Shown here one piece after another: positions 34,973 through 47,299 of a DNA stretch of 64,000 bases. The notes beneath the pieces were generated by a model. That model did not search any database, was not told the DNA's origin, and saw only the letters and a list, made by a program, of their open reading frames with translations. The translations under genes and the position numbers were made by a program. Position 1 is the stretch's first letter. Each line of letters begins with the position of its first letter. This stretch comes from Trichinella spiralis (Eukaryota): contig NW_003526943.1 in assembly GCF_000181795.1 (NCBI RefSeq), forward strand, positions 1,304,487 to 1,368,486, read 5' to 3'.

Positions 34973-36545
34973 ATGCATCTGGGTTGGATTTGCATCGCGA
35001 AAGAGAAATACAATAAAGCGCGAATGATTTTTTTATGGCTTTTCTATAACGCTCAATGCGACTATGATTATGCAATCGATACACTGTTTGAACCGATGTA
35101 CAACTTTGTAGACAACTATATACAGCAGTTTGGAAAAGTAACGAACGAAAATTTTTTGTCTCGCAAGTTCACTATTCAGTTCATCATTTCTAAATTTCGC
35201 ATTGTACAAAAAATTACGCTTATATATATATTTTTTTTAAAGATTTTTGTAGGCTTTTTGAGCTTTATGATCTTCTTGATGGTGACAATTGCCTATTTAA
35301 TTGTTGTTCCGTACGAATGGCCAAAACGGAATTATTTGCAAATTTGCATTTATTTCGTTATTGGCAAATGGTTGCTGATAAATTTGATATTCAATTTTTA
35401 CATGGGCTGTCGCACCGAGCCAGGTTATCCACCTCAGGCATGTTTTTGTCATTCAGCTTGCTATTATTAGGATAATTTGTTGTATTTTATCTTCAGGGGC
35501 ATCTGATTGAAGTTGCAGTTGGAGTTTGTAAGCATTGCATTCAACCAAAACCACCAAGAACTCATCATTGTTCGGTTTGCAACCGCTGTATTTTGAAAAT
35601 GGATCATCATTGTCGTAAAATAGATCTTTTTTATTTCAAATTAATTTTCTTGTGCTCTCAATAAAATGGGGCTGGGGGAAAAGAATATTCATTGAACATG
35701 ATGCATTTAGCTTGGTTAAATCAATGCGTCGGTCACTACAATCATCGATATTTCTATTTAACTTTGATTTTTATGTGGCTCTGTTGCATTTACGTTGTCT
35801 ATGGAATGAGAGAATGCTTTTTGGATCATTATCGAATTGAAGCAGTGAGCTAACAGTTTTATCGAACAATGAGCAATTGAAAATGAAAAAATTTTCTCAT
35901 CAATTTTATTGATATTTAGTCCGTCGTTCCGTGGTGCATGGCAATGGAAAACAAACTTTGCTACGCCAAATGGTTATGCCACTATGAAACCAATATTTCA
36001 ACAAAATGTGAAATGGAACAAGTGTCCAAACGTTTCATTTTTATTTATTTATTTACTTGTAATCTTTCTCACCTTTTAAGGAAACGTGTCGCGAATTAGT
36101 CAGCGGGAGAATGGTCCAGTATTTAATTTTAGTGGAATTTTTTGTCGCTCTTGCAATTGTCGTTGGTCTCCTCTGGTTGATATATTCACATGGAAAAATC
36201 ATTTCTAACGGCGAGACCAGCATTGAATATTATATTAATTTAGCAACTGCTAAAAAATTTGCCATCAAACGAAAAGTAAATTATAAAACCAAATGTTATG
36301 TTCTTACACATTTGGCGTACAATATTTTATTCAAGGTTTACATGAATCCGTATGATTTTGGTTGGAGGAAAAATTGGAAATCTTTTCTCGGAATCGATGA
36401 TTTCAGAGGAGACTTTTTCAAAAAGATTATCATACCGTCCGTTTATCAGCCGAATGGCGACGGTCTGAGCTGGCCGTTTGCATTTTCTCTCGACGAACTA
36501 CTTCCTCACGTTCAAGGGCAGGCATCACGTTCCTGCCGTCGTTAA
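34973..36545 (+). CDS. ZDHHC16: Palmitoyltransferase ZDHHC16-like
   Basis: [14 protein letters not shown]-terminal motif; [69 protein letters not shown]. Confidence 0.88.
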
Positions 36546-37195
36546 TTCAACTTCATTTTAAAACAAAAAATAAAAACATTTACAATTTATTCATTTTTAA
36601 TATTTAATGTAGGCTTTGTTTGGATCTCAAAATTTTGAGTTCTGTTGTTGTCTACTTTTGTAATGCTTTTCAACAGATTATATAAAATGTTAAGAGTACG
36701 TTTATATATAAAAGCTGTGATTAAACGAGCGTCAGAATTTATTTCCAAACTTAAATACTTGTATATTTTTATAGAAAATTATTCTATCATTATTACGAAC
36801 ATTTCTCGATTGCTTTTCCATTGTACACCTGAAAATCGTTTTATAATACTGTAATGATTGACAAGTTTCTCACTTGAAAGAATGGCTAAAAAAGTGTCCA
36901 AAAAACGTATTATTGTTTAAGGTATAATTGAAATTTTGAAATGAAAATTTTAATATTTTATTTGAATTTTTGCATATAATTGAATATTATGTGATCCAGT
37001 AGCATTGTATTCATTTCTTCAAAATGAGATATGTTATTCTTATGATTACTAAAATGATAAAAAATATTTCAACTTGTGAATGAACTTTCTGACTTTAATC
37101 TGTATTTCATGTTCTTTTTTGTGAATTGTTCTATTTCTTATTTAAATGTGATTGTTTTGATGTCATAATTTTAAGCTTCGTTCAATTCGTAAATG

Positions 37196-37209
37196 GTCTC
37201 GTTGGTAAC
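37196..37209 (+). promoter_or_regulatory. X-box-like (RFX/DAF-19) motif upstream of DYNLRB
   Basis: GTCTCGTTGGTAAC, one mismatch to RTHNYYWTRRNRAC, about 130 nt before the ATG. Confidence 0.4.
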
Positions 37210-37338
37210 TGCTGCTCTACTATTTGTATTGATTAATTCTGTATTATCCAAAGAAAATCTCATCTTTCATATGTACATTTCTATTTCAGATTAACTGAAA
37301 GCAAAAAAAAACTGTTTTGAAGTAGGCAGAAGTAAAGT

Positions 37339-37629
37339 ATGAACGATTACCAGGCAGTTATAAAGCGATTACAAAGTGAAGATCGCGTAACGGGTGTAAT
37401 TTTGATCGACAAAGATGGCCGCTGCATTCAGACAACTGTTAACGAAGAGCTGACAAATCAGTTTGTTTCACAATTACATCCTTTAATTACTAAAGCCAGA
37501 AATGTGATGAAAGAATTTGATTCTGCGAATGAATTGAATTTTTTTCACATTCGTGCCAAAAAACACGAAGTCATGATCTCTCCAGATCCGAATTATAGCT
37601 TAATTGCTATCATGAATCCTGCGGATTAG
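37339..37629 (+). CDS. DYNLRB: Dynein light chain roadblock-type (Robl/LC7), single coding exon
   Basis: 96 aa: KRLQSEDRVTGVILIDKDGRCIQTT...ELNFFHIRAKKHEVMISPDPNYSLIAIMNP matches the roadblock consensus. Confidence 0.9.
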   Translation: MNDYQAVIKRLQSEDRVTGVILIDKDGRCIQTTVNEELTNQFVSQLHPLITKARNVMKEFDSANELNFFHIRAKKHEVMISPDPNYSLIAIMNPAD

Positions 37630-40191
37630 TGTTAAATTGGCAATGGCACTAAAGTGAAATTGAAATTTGTATTGATTTGCGCTGTAAATGTGGTTAATAC
37701 TTCACGGTAGGAAATGTCGAAGAGCAGATTCAATTTTTTGGGCACTTTTTATGAAGTGTAGTGGAAAAAAATTAATTTAAAAGATCAAAATGCTGTAATA
37801 CTTTTTCTGTACTCGATTCACTGTTCTATTATGATATCGAAGTAAACATTCACGATTTTCTACTTTTCTGCTTACTGATTGAACATGCGTTACGTTATAC
37901 TGTATTTTGCATTTGTTTCCTAATTTCTTTTAAATTGGAGTCGTATGCAACTGAGACTTGTATTCAATTTTTGATTCATATGCGCATTGTCTGTAGTAAT
38001 TATTAATAACGATTTTGCAGAAAATGCTCAACATTCAATTTCTTTATTATTCCACCCTTGATGCGCCAATAATTATTATGTACATCTAGTAATTGTTCCA
38101 TTTTTTAGTGCTTCTGAAATGTTCCTCTGTTTGCTGCCTTTTGTTACGTGTATTTTGGCAAACTGTGTAAGTAGATTTGATATTTTATTGTATTCAAACG
38201 GATATCATTCAAAAATTGAGTCAATTATTGACTAATTAGTCAACATTTGTCCAATGAAATTACCTTGGGCAGGAGGGATGGTGTACTGTTTATGTGCAAT
38301 TTTCATATTGTTATCTCTTTTATTCCTTGTGCTATGTTCGGTAATATATATATAAATGTTAAAAGTTTAAAATACTAGATTAGTTGCAGTTTTACGTCGT
38401 AGTCAGAAAAGTAAATTTACACTTTGACATCTATAAGTGCAGTGTTTTATAGGAAAAGTATTTTAATAAAGAAGAATGATTTTTCTGCCGTATTAAATAA
38501 ATTAATACAGCAGAAACATTACGTAAATTGATGTGCTCAACTATTTTTGAATGTATTTTTTAATTGATCAATGAGCATAGATGTTAATTTTTGTTTTGTT
38601 GTTTTTTTGCTTGATTGTAACGTCTGTTAATTGTTGTTTAAGCGAATTACTCTGTAAACGTCTTTTGTCAGTTCAGCTCTATTATTCTTAGGAGTACGTT
38701 TGAAAATTGATTGTTCCTTGTATATATATATACAATTTTGAGAACTTTTATTCCAATAAATAAACGTGAGTTAGGTTAGCGTGGTAAATTTGTTGTATTG
38801 CTCAAACAATTTGAAGAAATTATTCAGTGTATATTTTTTTAATCACCTTTCATCGTTCTTATTATTGCGAAATTTTAAAATATTTAAAGTTTTTGTTGTT
38901 TTCTTTTGAGTATCTTTGAATAGTTTGGAATTTGAAAAATGAACTCGGAAGTGGTAGTGCTTGAAGTTGTTCACAGCATTTCATTTATTAATTTTTTTAA
39001 TATTATTGATTTTGTTTATGGAATTTTTTTTCATGAAAAAAGAAAAAGAAACTTTTCATATGTGAAGTGAACATTATCGATAGCAGGGTTTGAATTGAGA
39101 TGGTAATGGTCATTGTTGAATTGTGTCTGTGTTTTTTTTGCTTTTGAAACGTCAGCATATGTAATGAATAGAGCAAGTGCTTTTTTCACGTGGTTAATTA
39201 TTGTCGCGTTAGCGACGTTTATTGGTTAGTTGGTTAAGGTGCGTCGTTTGAGCCATGAATTTGCTCAGATGCAGCTTAAATTGCAAATCGAGCAAATATC
39301 TAAGCAAACAATATTGGACAGATCGAATCGAATGCTTGCTTCTCCAATTTTTGCTGCTATCTCAATTGAATATCTGTTGCGTTGTTGCTCTCATTTTTGA
39401 TGTTAATAATAATATACAATTATTATTTATGCGTAAGTAGTTTTCTTCTTTTAATTGAAAAAAAATTTATTTCCGGGGTATATATATATATTATTTTTTT
39501 TGCTGTCATTTTACATCGAAGTTTTGTATAACAAGATTTTTTTCTCTTTCCACATTACATTCATTCATTTCTAATTAATTGGAGACAAACAAATTCGAAT
39601 GGTAGGTGGATAATGGATTATTATGTTTATTTATTTATTCATATTGGTTTATTGTTGTCATTTGAATCAAATTTTATTGCTGAAAATTGCAAATTGCATT
39701 TCACTTCCTCGACGAGCAGTAAGTAGCATTGTTTGTGTGTTTGTTTGTTTTCTCTTTTGATTTCTGCAATAAATGAAAAATGTATCTAAGTGTATACATT
39801 TGCATTTTAATTATTGTTGGCTGTGATGTTTTCTATGGAAATCCATTTGAATGCACATTTTTCATTTTACAACTTTCTGTATTGTTGTTTGTGCTTTATT
39901 ACTCTTCATAAATAACAAACGGAATATTAGATGTTTTATTCAATTGAATTTAAATTTAATTTCTACTTTATTTTCATAGAGGGGGGGGGAGAATGTTGTT
40001 GATTGTTTGCGTATTATTTCTTTTGATGGCGATGTGAATTGTTGAACAAAGAAAATATACTATTTTCTCTTCAAAATTGCCACGTGAATATCCAAATAAT
40101 AATCACTGAATTTCAGATATTAAACAACAACTACGGGTTCTTTTTCTTTGTCTTCTGATTGGAATTTTATTCAATAATCACCAAATCTGCC

Positions 40192-42452
40192 ATGGATGAC
40201 GAATTGTCATATTTTTTGTTTATCACAGCCAACGTGGGCTCAATTTTTGGATCGGCAAGTTATTTTCATTTCAATAATAATCAATAAAATCTCTCTTTCT
40301 CTCTCTCTCTCTTAATATATTTCCTTCATTTCAGCTTGAACATTTACAAGCAGGATGGCTTTCGGAAATTGTTAAAGTAAATTTATTTATTTATTTATTT
40401 ATTTATTGTTGTTTATTTTATTTTATTAAAACTTTTCAATTGAGGTTATCGAATCGAAAGCACCGAAAGTTCTTGCCATTCATTTTCAAGAAATTGGAGG
40501 AAAAGAATTCAAAGAAAATATGCATCAAATGAAGCACTTTTTCCAGTTAGTGCGACATGCTGATAATTTAATTAATTAATTAATTAATTAATTATGCATC
40601 AGGAAATTGTACACCACCTTGTCGGAGAAGTTCAACTTGCGTCGAGGTTTAGGCTATTATGATCAAGATTTTACAAATGTCGACACGTTTACCGTAAGCC
40701 ACTGACAACAGTCGTCTGAATACAGAGAAAAAGCACAGGCAATTCAATGATATCAATTCAATCTTTAAGGCACTGGGGTTGTTGTACTTGTTCCACGACG
40801 ACGTCAAAGAGGCGTCAGTTTGCAATTTCCAAACTGGAAATTTTGAAGCCATTGAAAATTTTACCGTAATTATAAATTATTTATTTATTTATTTATGTTT
40901 TTTTATTATCTTGGTTTTCTTCGTCAATAGCTGACATCGGATTCCGTTGCTCTGCCTCATTTTCACAAGCTTCGATTTAGCAAAGAGCTGTTTCCAAAAA
41001 GTCGACCCTCCAGGAAGGGTTTTCTCCAATGTAGACTACAAGTAAACGGTTTGTAAGTTTCTTTTTTGTATCTTGTGCGATGCTAATATTAATATATATA
41101 TACATAAATATATTTCAATTATGACTGATGGGCATCTTTTCAGTGTGATCGATTTGGTCAATATTCATCTGTTTCACGACGCGTGCAACATTGAAGCAGT
41201 TGAATCGGTCGGTATTCACAGCTTGTTTGTTTGATTGATGATCTTGAAAAAAAATTATTAATTTCTTTTATTATATAAAATTATTCTTGAAGAGTCCATC
41301 GGTTTTTGCTAAAAAAAGAGAAAACGGTTTAAAATTTGTTTTGAAGCAGTAAGTTAGTTAGTTTTTTCGCATACATTTTCAAATTGATCTCTCCAATTTA
41401 TTCAAAAAAGGCTTGATCAAGAGAAGAATTGTCAAATTCCAATGGTATTGTTTGGTGATTTTAATTTTCGACTTGATACCAAATGTCTCATTGAAGAGGT
41501 TTGTTCTCTTTAATGATATATATATAAATATGAAATATGTTGTTATTTTATATTCCATCTTTTGAGGTATTGGCACCTTCTTCTGTAGCTGTGCAGATGA
41601 TTGTCCAAGGAGATGATGGCAAGCCAAATTTGCAGTATCGTGACTTGAACAGTGGAGAGGTGGGTTTGTTTTCAACACAGTTTCATTAATTTATAAAATT
41701 ATGTGCATGCAAATTTTCTATTAGAATTTTTTGTTGTGATCGGTTTTTTTTATTGTCGTAGAATTTGGTCGAAATGAAAACGAAATTGTTCAATCACAAA
41801 TTGAACGTCGGCAATATTCAAAGTGACAATTTGGTAAAATGGTCACTTTCTTTTTTTGCATTAAATTTTTTGAAAGCAAAAAAAATTGAATGCAGGAACG
41901 TCTGTACAAATTGGATCGAGAACCGTTGTGCCATACGATGCTTCATGAATTTCCAATTCAGTTTGTTCCAAGGTTGGATAATTTGTCAATTTTTTCTGTT
42001 TATTCATCAATTTGAAATTTTTTTATTTCAAGCTATCCATTTTCGGAAAATATCGACTGTGGCAAAGATTACATGTATACCAGAGCTCCAGCTTGGTGTG
42101 ACAGGATATTGCTTAACGAACCTGCATGGCTGCTCGCCAATGTAAGTGATAAAGTGGTGTTTTTTCTTCTTTTTTATATTTTTAATTTTTCTTATTATGC
42201 ACACATGTATTCTTTGAAATTGTAGTCAGTTTCATCTTCTGTCTGTTATGATATTGTTGGAAAAGATACGTGCATGGGCGATCACAAAGTATGAATTTGT
42301 AAAATATTCCAAATAAATTTGAAAATTATCAATACTTTTTTTAAAATTTTTAGCCTGTTTGTTTGGGATTGTCGTTTCCTATAGGAAACTCATCATCATC
42401 ATCGTCATTGTCGCATAAAAAAATTGCTGCATCTTCACAGAACAGCAGCTGA
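40192..42452 (+). CDS. INPP5A: Type I inositol-1,4,5-trisphosphate 5-phosphatase
   Basis: LFITANVGSIF, LAIHFQEIGGKEF, FTALGLLYLFH, SRKGFL, DLVNIHLFHDACN, FGDFNFRLD, YPFSE, TRAPAWCDRILL, CMGDHKPV; first intron GC-AG. Confidence 0.9.
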
Positions 42453-43593
42453 TTTCTTCTGTGCACGGATGAGGATGAGTATTGTATTAATTTTTTTTTG
42501 AATATTTCAAATTCAATGCATTGTTGTTTTTAGAAAACATCCAGCTACAAGTGTTTTACTTTTTAATGGTTTTATGCTGCCATGGACGACGCTAGGGAAG
42601 TTGCAATTAGCAACAAAAATCATGTATAAATTGATCCACTGAATAATTAATAATGTGATATGGCGGCTGGTTCGCTGTACAGCAACAAACAAGCTTTTCT
42701 ATCTTTCAAGGAACCATTTTTTTGATGAAATTTATCATTCTGTTTTTTGTTATCTCTGTAAATCTTACATGTCCTGTCCAGTAGATGTTTATTTATTTGG
42801 GTGAGGATCACGAATTTGTTTATTTTTATTTGTTTGTTTTTGAAATGCACATAACAAATAGTCTCGTTTAAATGTATGACAAGAAATGTTGTTTTACATT
42901 TTTTTTCTATTGTATATTAATTATAGAATGAGTTTTTTGTGTTGTGTTTTGGTTACCACATTATGTTAATAATGTTCATTCAGTATCAATTGAATGAAAT
43001 TAATTAATGGTAATTGTGAATGAACATTCAAAGCGTGCATTTTACGGTCAGTCAGCTGTTTGAATTGTTGAAATTTAAATTAAACGATTGCAAGCAAATT
43101 TGTCGGCCTGAAAAGTTAATTAATTGTTCACGAACAACCCAAAAGTTAATTAAGCTTCTGCATTGCAGCTAAAAGTGAAATCTAGATCTGTTTGTTCAAC
43201 ATAATTTTAAAAATTCCATTTGCAGAAATGCTTCTTCAGTAAATTTTGCATTTTTATTATTAACCATGTTCTGCGGTACTGTAAACAACAAATAAATGAT
43301 TATTTAATTTCATCACGTTGAAATGGGTTTGTCATAATTTACTTGATAAAAAAAACAAGCAGATTATTATTACATTTTCAATTTAAGGTGAAATAAATTG
43401 ACGTCAGAGTTTTTTTAATTGTCAAATAAAATCGTCGTCTTTCTATACTTTTTATCAGTATTTATTTCATTGCATCCAATGCGAAGCAGTAAATAATATC
43501 TTTTTTCTGAAAAATGCACGTTTACTCTGTAAAAGGTAAATTGCAGCGGCAATTATGCAAATAGAAAAGGGATTTCAGTTGATTTGTTCTTTC

Positions 43594-45435
43594 TCAAATT
43601 AAACCTTTCCAAAGCAGGCCGTTCGCATTGCGACGTTGGAAAAACAATTTGCCATATTCATACGTGCCGATCATTATAGCACAAGCTGGGGCTACTTTGA
43701 CCAGCCGAGGTACAATACCCGAAAACAACGATCTGATACCATGCTCCATAAACAAATTGTTTAACGATCTGAATGTACTCATTGTCTTCGGTTTGGAATC
43801 TGAAAAAATCCACATCCCCATTCGACTGCGCATTGCTAAAAACCACAAATAATTAATGCTTTTTACCAAGTGGCATTTCTCCCAGTGAAATTTGACGATG
43901 GGTCTTCACTACGTCAAAAGGAAGAGTGCACACTGCAGCACACTGAAAATAACAAGAAAAAATTTATCGAATTAATAATTACCCTTTAAAAATAGTAACT
44001 TTTTCATCCACTCACCGATCCAGATATTGCCCCAAGAATTAAACTTATTGTAAAGTTGGTTTCTTCTCTTCCAAGATGTTTGAGAACTTTTACTTTCATC
44101 ATTTCATAATTTGTCCAATAAATTGCTTTAAAAAAATTTCAATTATACAAATAAAAGTATAATTTAATTTAAATTTAATTACCTGAAAATGGTACGTCAC
44201 GGAGAAGGGTAGGCCCCAAACCCAAAAACAGTGATCGCAAACCGAAACGCTGCGTCAGCGTTTTCAAAACTGCATACACATCTATAAATAATATACAAAA
44301 ATCAATTCTATTGCAAAAATTGCTCCTTGAATAGCAAAGTTCCAAATTACCGGAGTATCGCATTCGCTTTGCTTGCAATTTCGTTCGAACCATTTCTAAT
44401 GGACTTATTACAGTAGCAGAGACCACTGAAATTTACTGACAATCAAAATCAAGTAATGAAACAAAAGATTATTTTTAAAAAATTACTTCTAGCCACAATG
44501 CCCGATAATCCAGGAACCCATAACTGTGATCCGTATTTTTCTTTCAATTCTGACAATACCATGTCGTACAGCGTAAAATAGCAAATAGTAGCTGGTACTG
44601 CCATAATGCTAAAATTGAAAGAAAAAAAACAGTCCCCTTTTATACATCAATAAAAATTTTTCACAAAGTTCATTTAATTAAAAATAATTTACAAGTGAAA
44701 CATGTTTAAAGTAAAAACCGATGCAAAAAAAACAATACATACAGCGTTGTTGAAAGTCCACCCCATAATGCAGAAATACCTTCGTATTTAGAAATTTTCA
44801 AAAACGCATCCTAAAAATAAAAGTACAAAAGTAGACAATAAAGTTGGAAATTGCAACAAAAAAAACACAACAAACCATTGTTCCATTAAATCGATAATTG
44901 TGTTCAAACTTTTGAAATGCTGAACCGCAAAACATACAAATGTGATCTACCAAACCATGGTTAACGACAAAGCAACGGCCGTGAAGCGATGGCTTGCTCT
45001 GGCTTTGCAAACGAATTTTTACCACATCCAATGGCGTAACTAAAATTAAAAAAATCATTACTCAGCACTTGGTAATCACAGAAGTGTTAGTAGTAAATTT
45101 TGATTTGAAAAAACAAAATTTGTGTTTTAAATCTGCACAACCTACCATAATTATCATAATTAAAAATACCCTGCATCGGCTTTGTCTGTTTTTGCAAACG
45201 AACTTTTACAACATCCAGTGGATTTGCTGAAAGATTTTACAACTCAACGATAGGCAATGAAATAAAAAAAATTAAAAACGGTTCTTTTTTAACAAAAGAA
45301 AAAACCATTACCAAAAACAGCAGTTAAAACTGCGCCAGAACATGAAGCAATGAAGCGCTGAGCTGGTGTAATGCCCACAACGTTAGCCTGTTGGCGATCG
45401 CAAATTTCTACATCCGCAGTTCCATCTTCCGTCAT
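43594..45435 (-). CDS. Mitochondrial carrier SLC25A39/SLC25A40 family (glutathione transporter-like)
   Basis: [114 protein letters not shown]; three PxD/ExxK/R signature motifs. Confidence 0.93.
45170..45226 (-). other. Candidate duplicated alternative exon (2a) of SLC25A39/40
   Basis: 57 nt between TTTCAG and GTATTT, phase 1-1, encoding (A)[18 protein letters not shown], a paralog of the start of exon 2b (V)[19 protein letters not shown]. Confidence 0.75.
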
Positions 45436-46312
45436 TGTGAAATCTTCCCTACAAGGAAATTATTAAAAAAGAAAAAACTACATTTCAAATAAATAGTTTT
45501 TATTTTTATAAATTATACTTTTCATTTTTTTAAAAGTAAAAAACCAAAGTGTAACACTGGCCTGAAAGTGAACAGAAACGCTTAAATGAATTCTTTTAGA
45601 TTTTACGGATAAAAATTCGAACTCGTAATGACAGTTGTCAGCACTGTATGTAACAACATTTACGAAGGAATATAATTTGAAAATTCTATTCGACATTTCA
45701 AATTAATTCATCTTTATTATTCACATTTTTATGCAAAAAACGTGCAATGCTTTAGAATATTACGTATTTATTTCTTTACATCTTTATATTATAAATCACA
45801 TACTTAACAATGAAAACTGAAAGACGACAAAATTTTCGGGATAAATTAATTAGATCATACATTTAAAAAACGCAAATATGAAAGAAGCCTATATCAGTTT
45901 CATTGCAAAATAACAAAACGGTAGATATTTACTAAACGATTACGAGGTAAACATCATTTGAAACTATAATTAACTTTATTTTTCAAAAAATAAATGTAAC
46001 AACTTCCAAATTCATTTGAGCACTAGCAAATCAACTACATACAGTATCTTCACGACATAAAAGTATTATTTACATTACAGTATTTTCATATTGATGAATT
46101 TTCAAGATGCAATGCTTGTTTATTAACTGCAGTTGAAATTTCATTATTAATTATAATTTTAATAAATTTTAAAGTTTTTCGTTCAAATTTAATTTTTAAT
46201 GGAAAAAGTTTAAAGGAATTCAAAATTTGGATTAGTTTTAAAGTGAAAAAAGAACCGTTGCTTTTAATTTCATTTAATTTATGCGCTGCTTATCTGTTTT
46301 GGCGACTAAGTG

Positions 46313-47299
46313 ATGAATTCCGTTAATTTGTCACTGTCGACAAACAGTAGTTTCCTTCGCTCTGAGCGAAATGCTTTGATGATAAAAGAAAAACAAGCCA
46401 AATTGTTGGCTACCTATGGTTCAATTATAGGCAAAAAGTGGTATATACAAGGTTTGTGTGGAACTGGAGGTTTTGGACAAGTATATGCAGCCATAAATAT
46501 GTTCGATGGACGGAAAGCAGCTGTTAAACTGGAACCATTAACTGAAAAGAGAAAATTACATTTAAAACACGAAATAAAGGTCATGAAAGCTATGGTTGGA
46601 AGTCGACATGCAGCTGAAATTTTCGAATATGGAGTGAATGGTAAAATTACTTTCGTTGCCATGCAGCTGCTTGGTCCAGATTTGTCCACCTTAAAAAATA
46701 AAATGCCTAAACGGTTATTTAGTTTGGAAACTACATTATTAATAGGTATTCAAATGATCGAAGCGCTTCGAGATTTGCATAAGCAGCATTATCTTCACTG
46801 TGATGTGAAGCCCAATAATTTTGTGATTGGGCGAGGTGGTGCCTCGAAAATTATATACCTGGTCGATTATGGTCTTTGCTGTCGTTATCGAAATTCCTCA
46901 AACGACCACTATTGTAAGTCAGAAATTGGCTGCCATTTTCGAGGAACAGCTTACTATGCCTCTGTAAACGTACTGAAAGGATTCGGCTGCAGTCGACGTG
47001 ACGACATATGGTCAATGTTCTTCTCCTTGATCGACATGTACGCTGGCCCATTACCTTGGTATAAAGCGAAAAGTCGTGAAGACGCGACTAACATGAAAGA
47101 TTCATTTTTACATTTAATGGATTTACATTTTAAAAAATGTCATCTAACATTTCATCACCTGTTGCGTATGATCAACGATCTTGATTTTGATTCTGAACCA
47201 TTGTATGAAGCAATGATACTAAAAATTTACCAATTGTTGCAAGTGAAAGACCGCAAGACGGCGCAGTTTGATTGGGAAACTTTGTCATTGTCAAAATAG
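46313..47299 (+). CDS. Intronless CK1-group (TTBK-like) Ser/Thr kinase
   Basis: Single ORF: GTGGFGQVY, AAVKLE, MQLLGPDL, HCDVKPNNF, LVDYGL, FRGTAYYAS, SRRDDIWS, LPW. Confidence 0.9.
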   Translation: MNSVNLSLSTNSSFLRSERNALMIKEKQAKLLATYGSIIGKKWYIQGLCGTGGFGQVYAAINMFDGRKAAVKLEPLTEKRKLHLKHEIKVMKAMVGSRHAAEIFEYGVNGKITFVAMQLLGPDLSTLKNKMPKRLFSLETTLLIGIQMIEALRDLHKQHYLHCDVKPNNFVIGRGGASKIIYLVDYGLCCRYRNSSNDHYCKSEIGCHFRGTAYYASVNVLKGFGCSRRDDIWSMFFSLIDMYAGPLPWYKAKSREDATNMKDSFLHLMDLHFKKCHLTFHHLLRMINDLDFDSEPLYEAMILKIYQLLQVKDRKTAQFDWETLSLSK

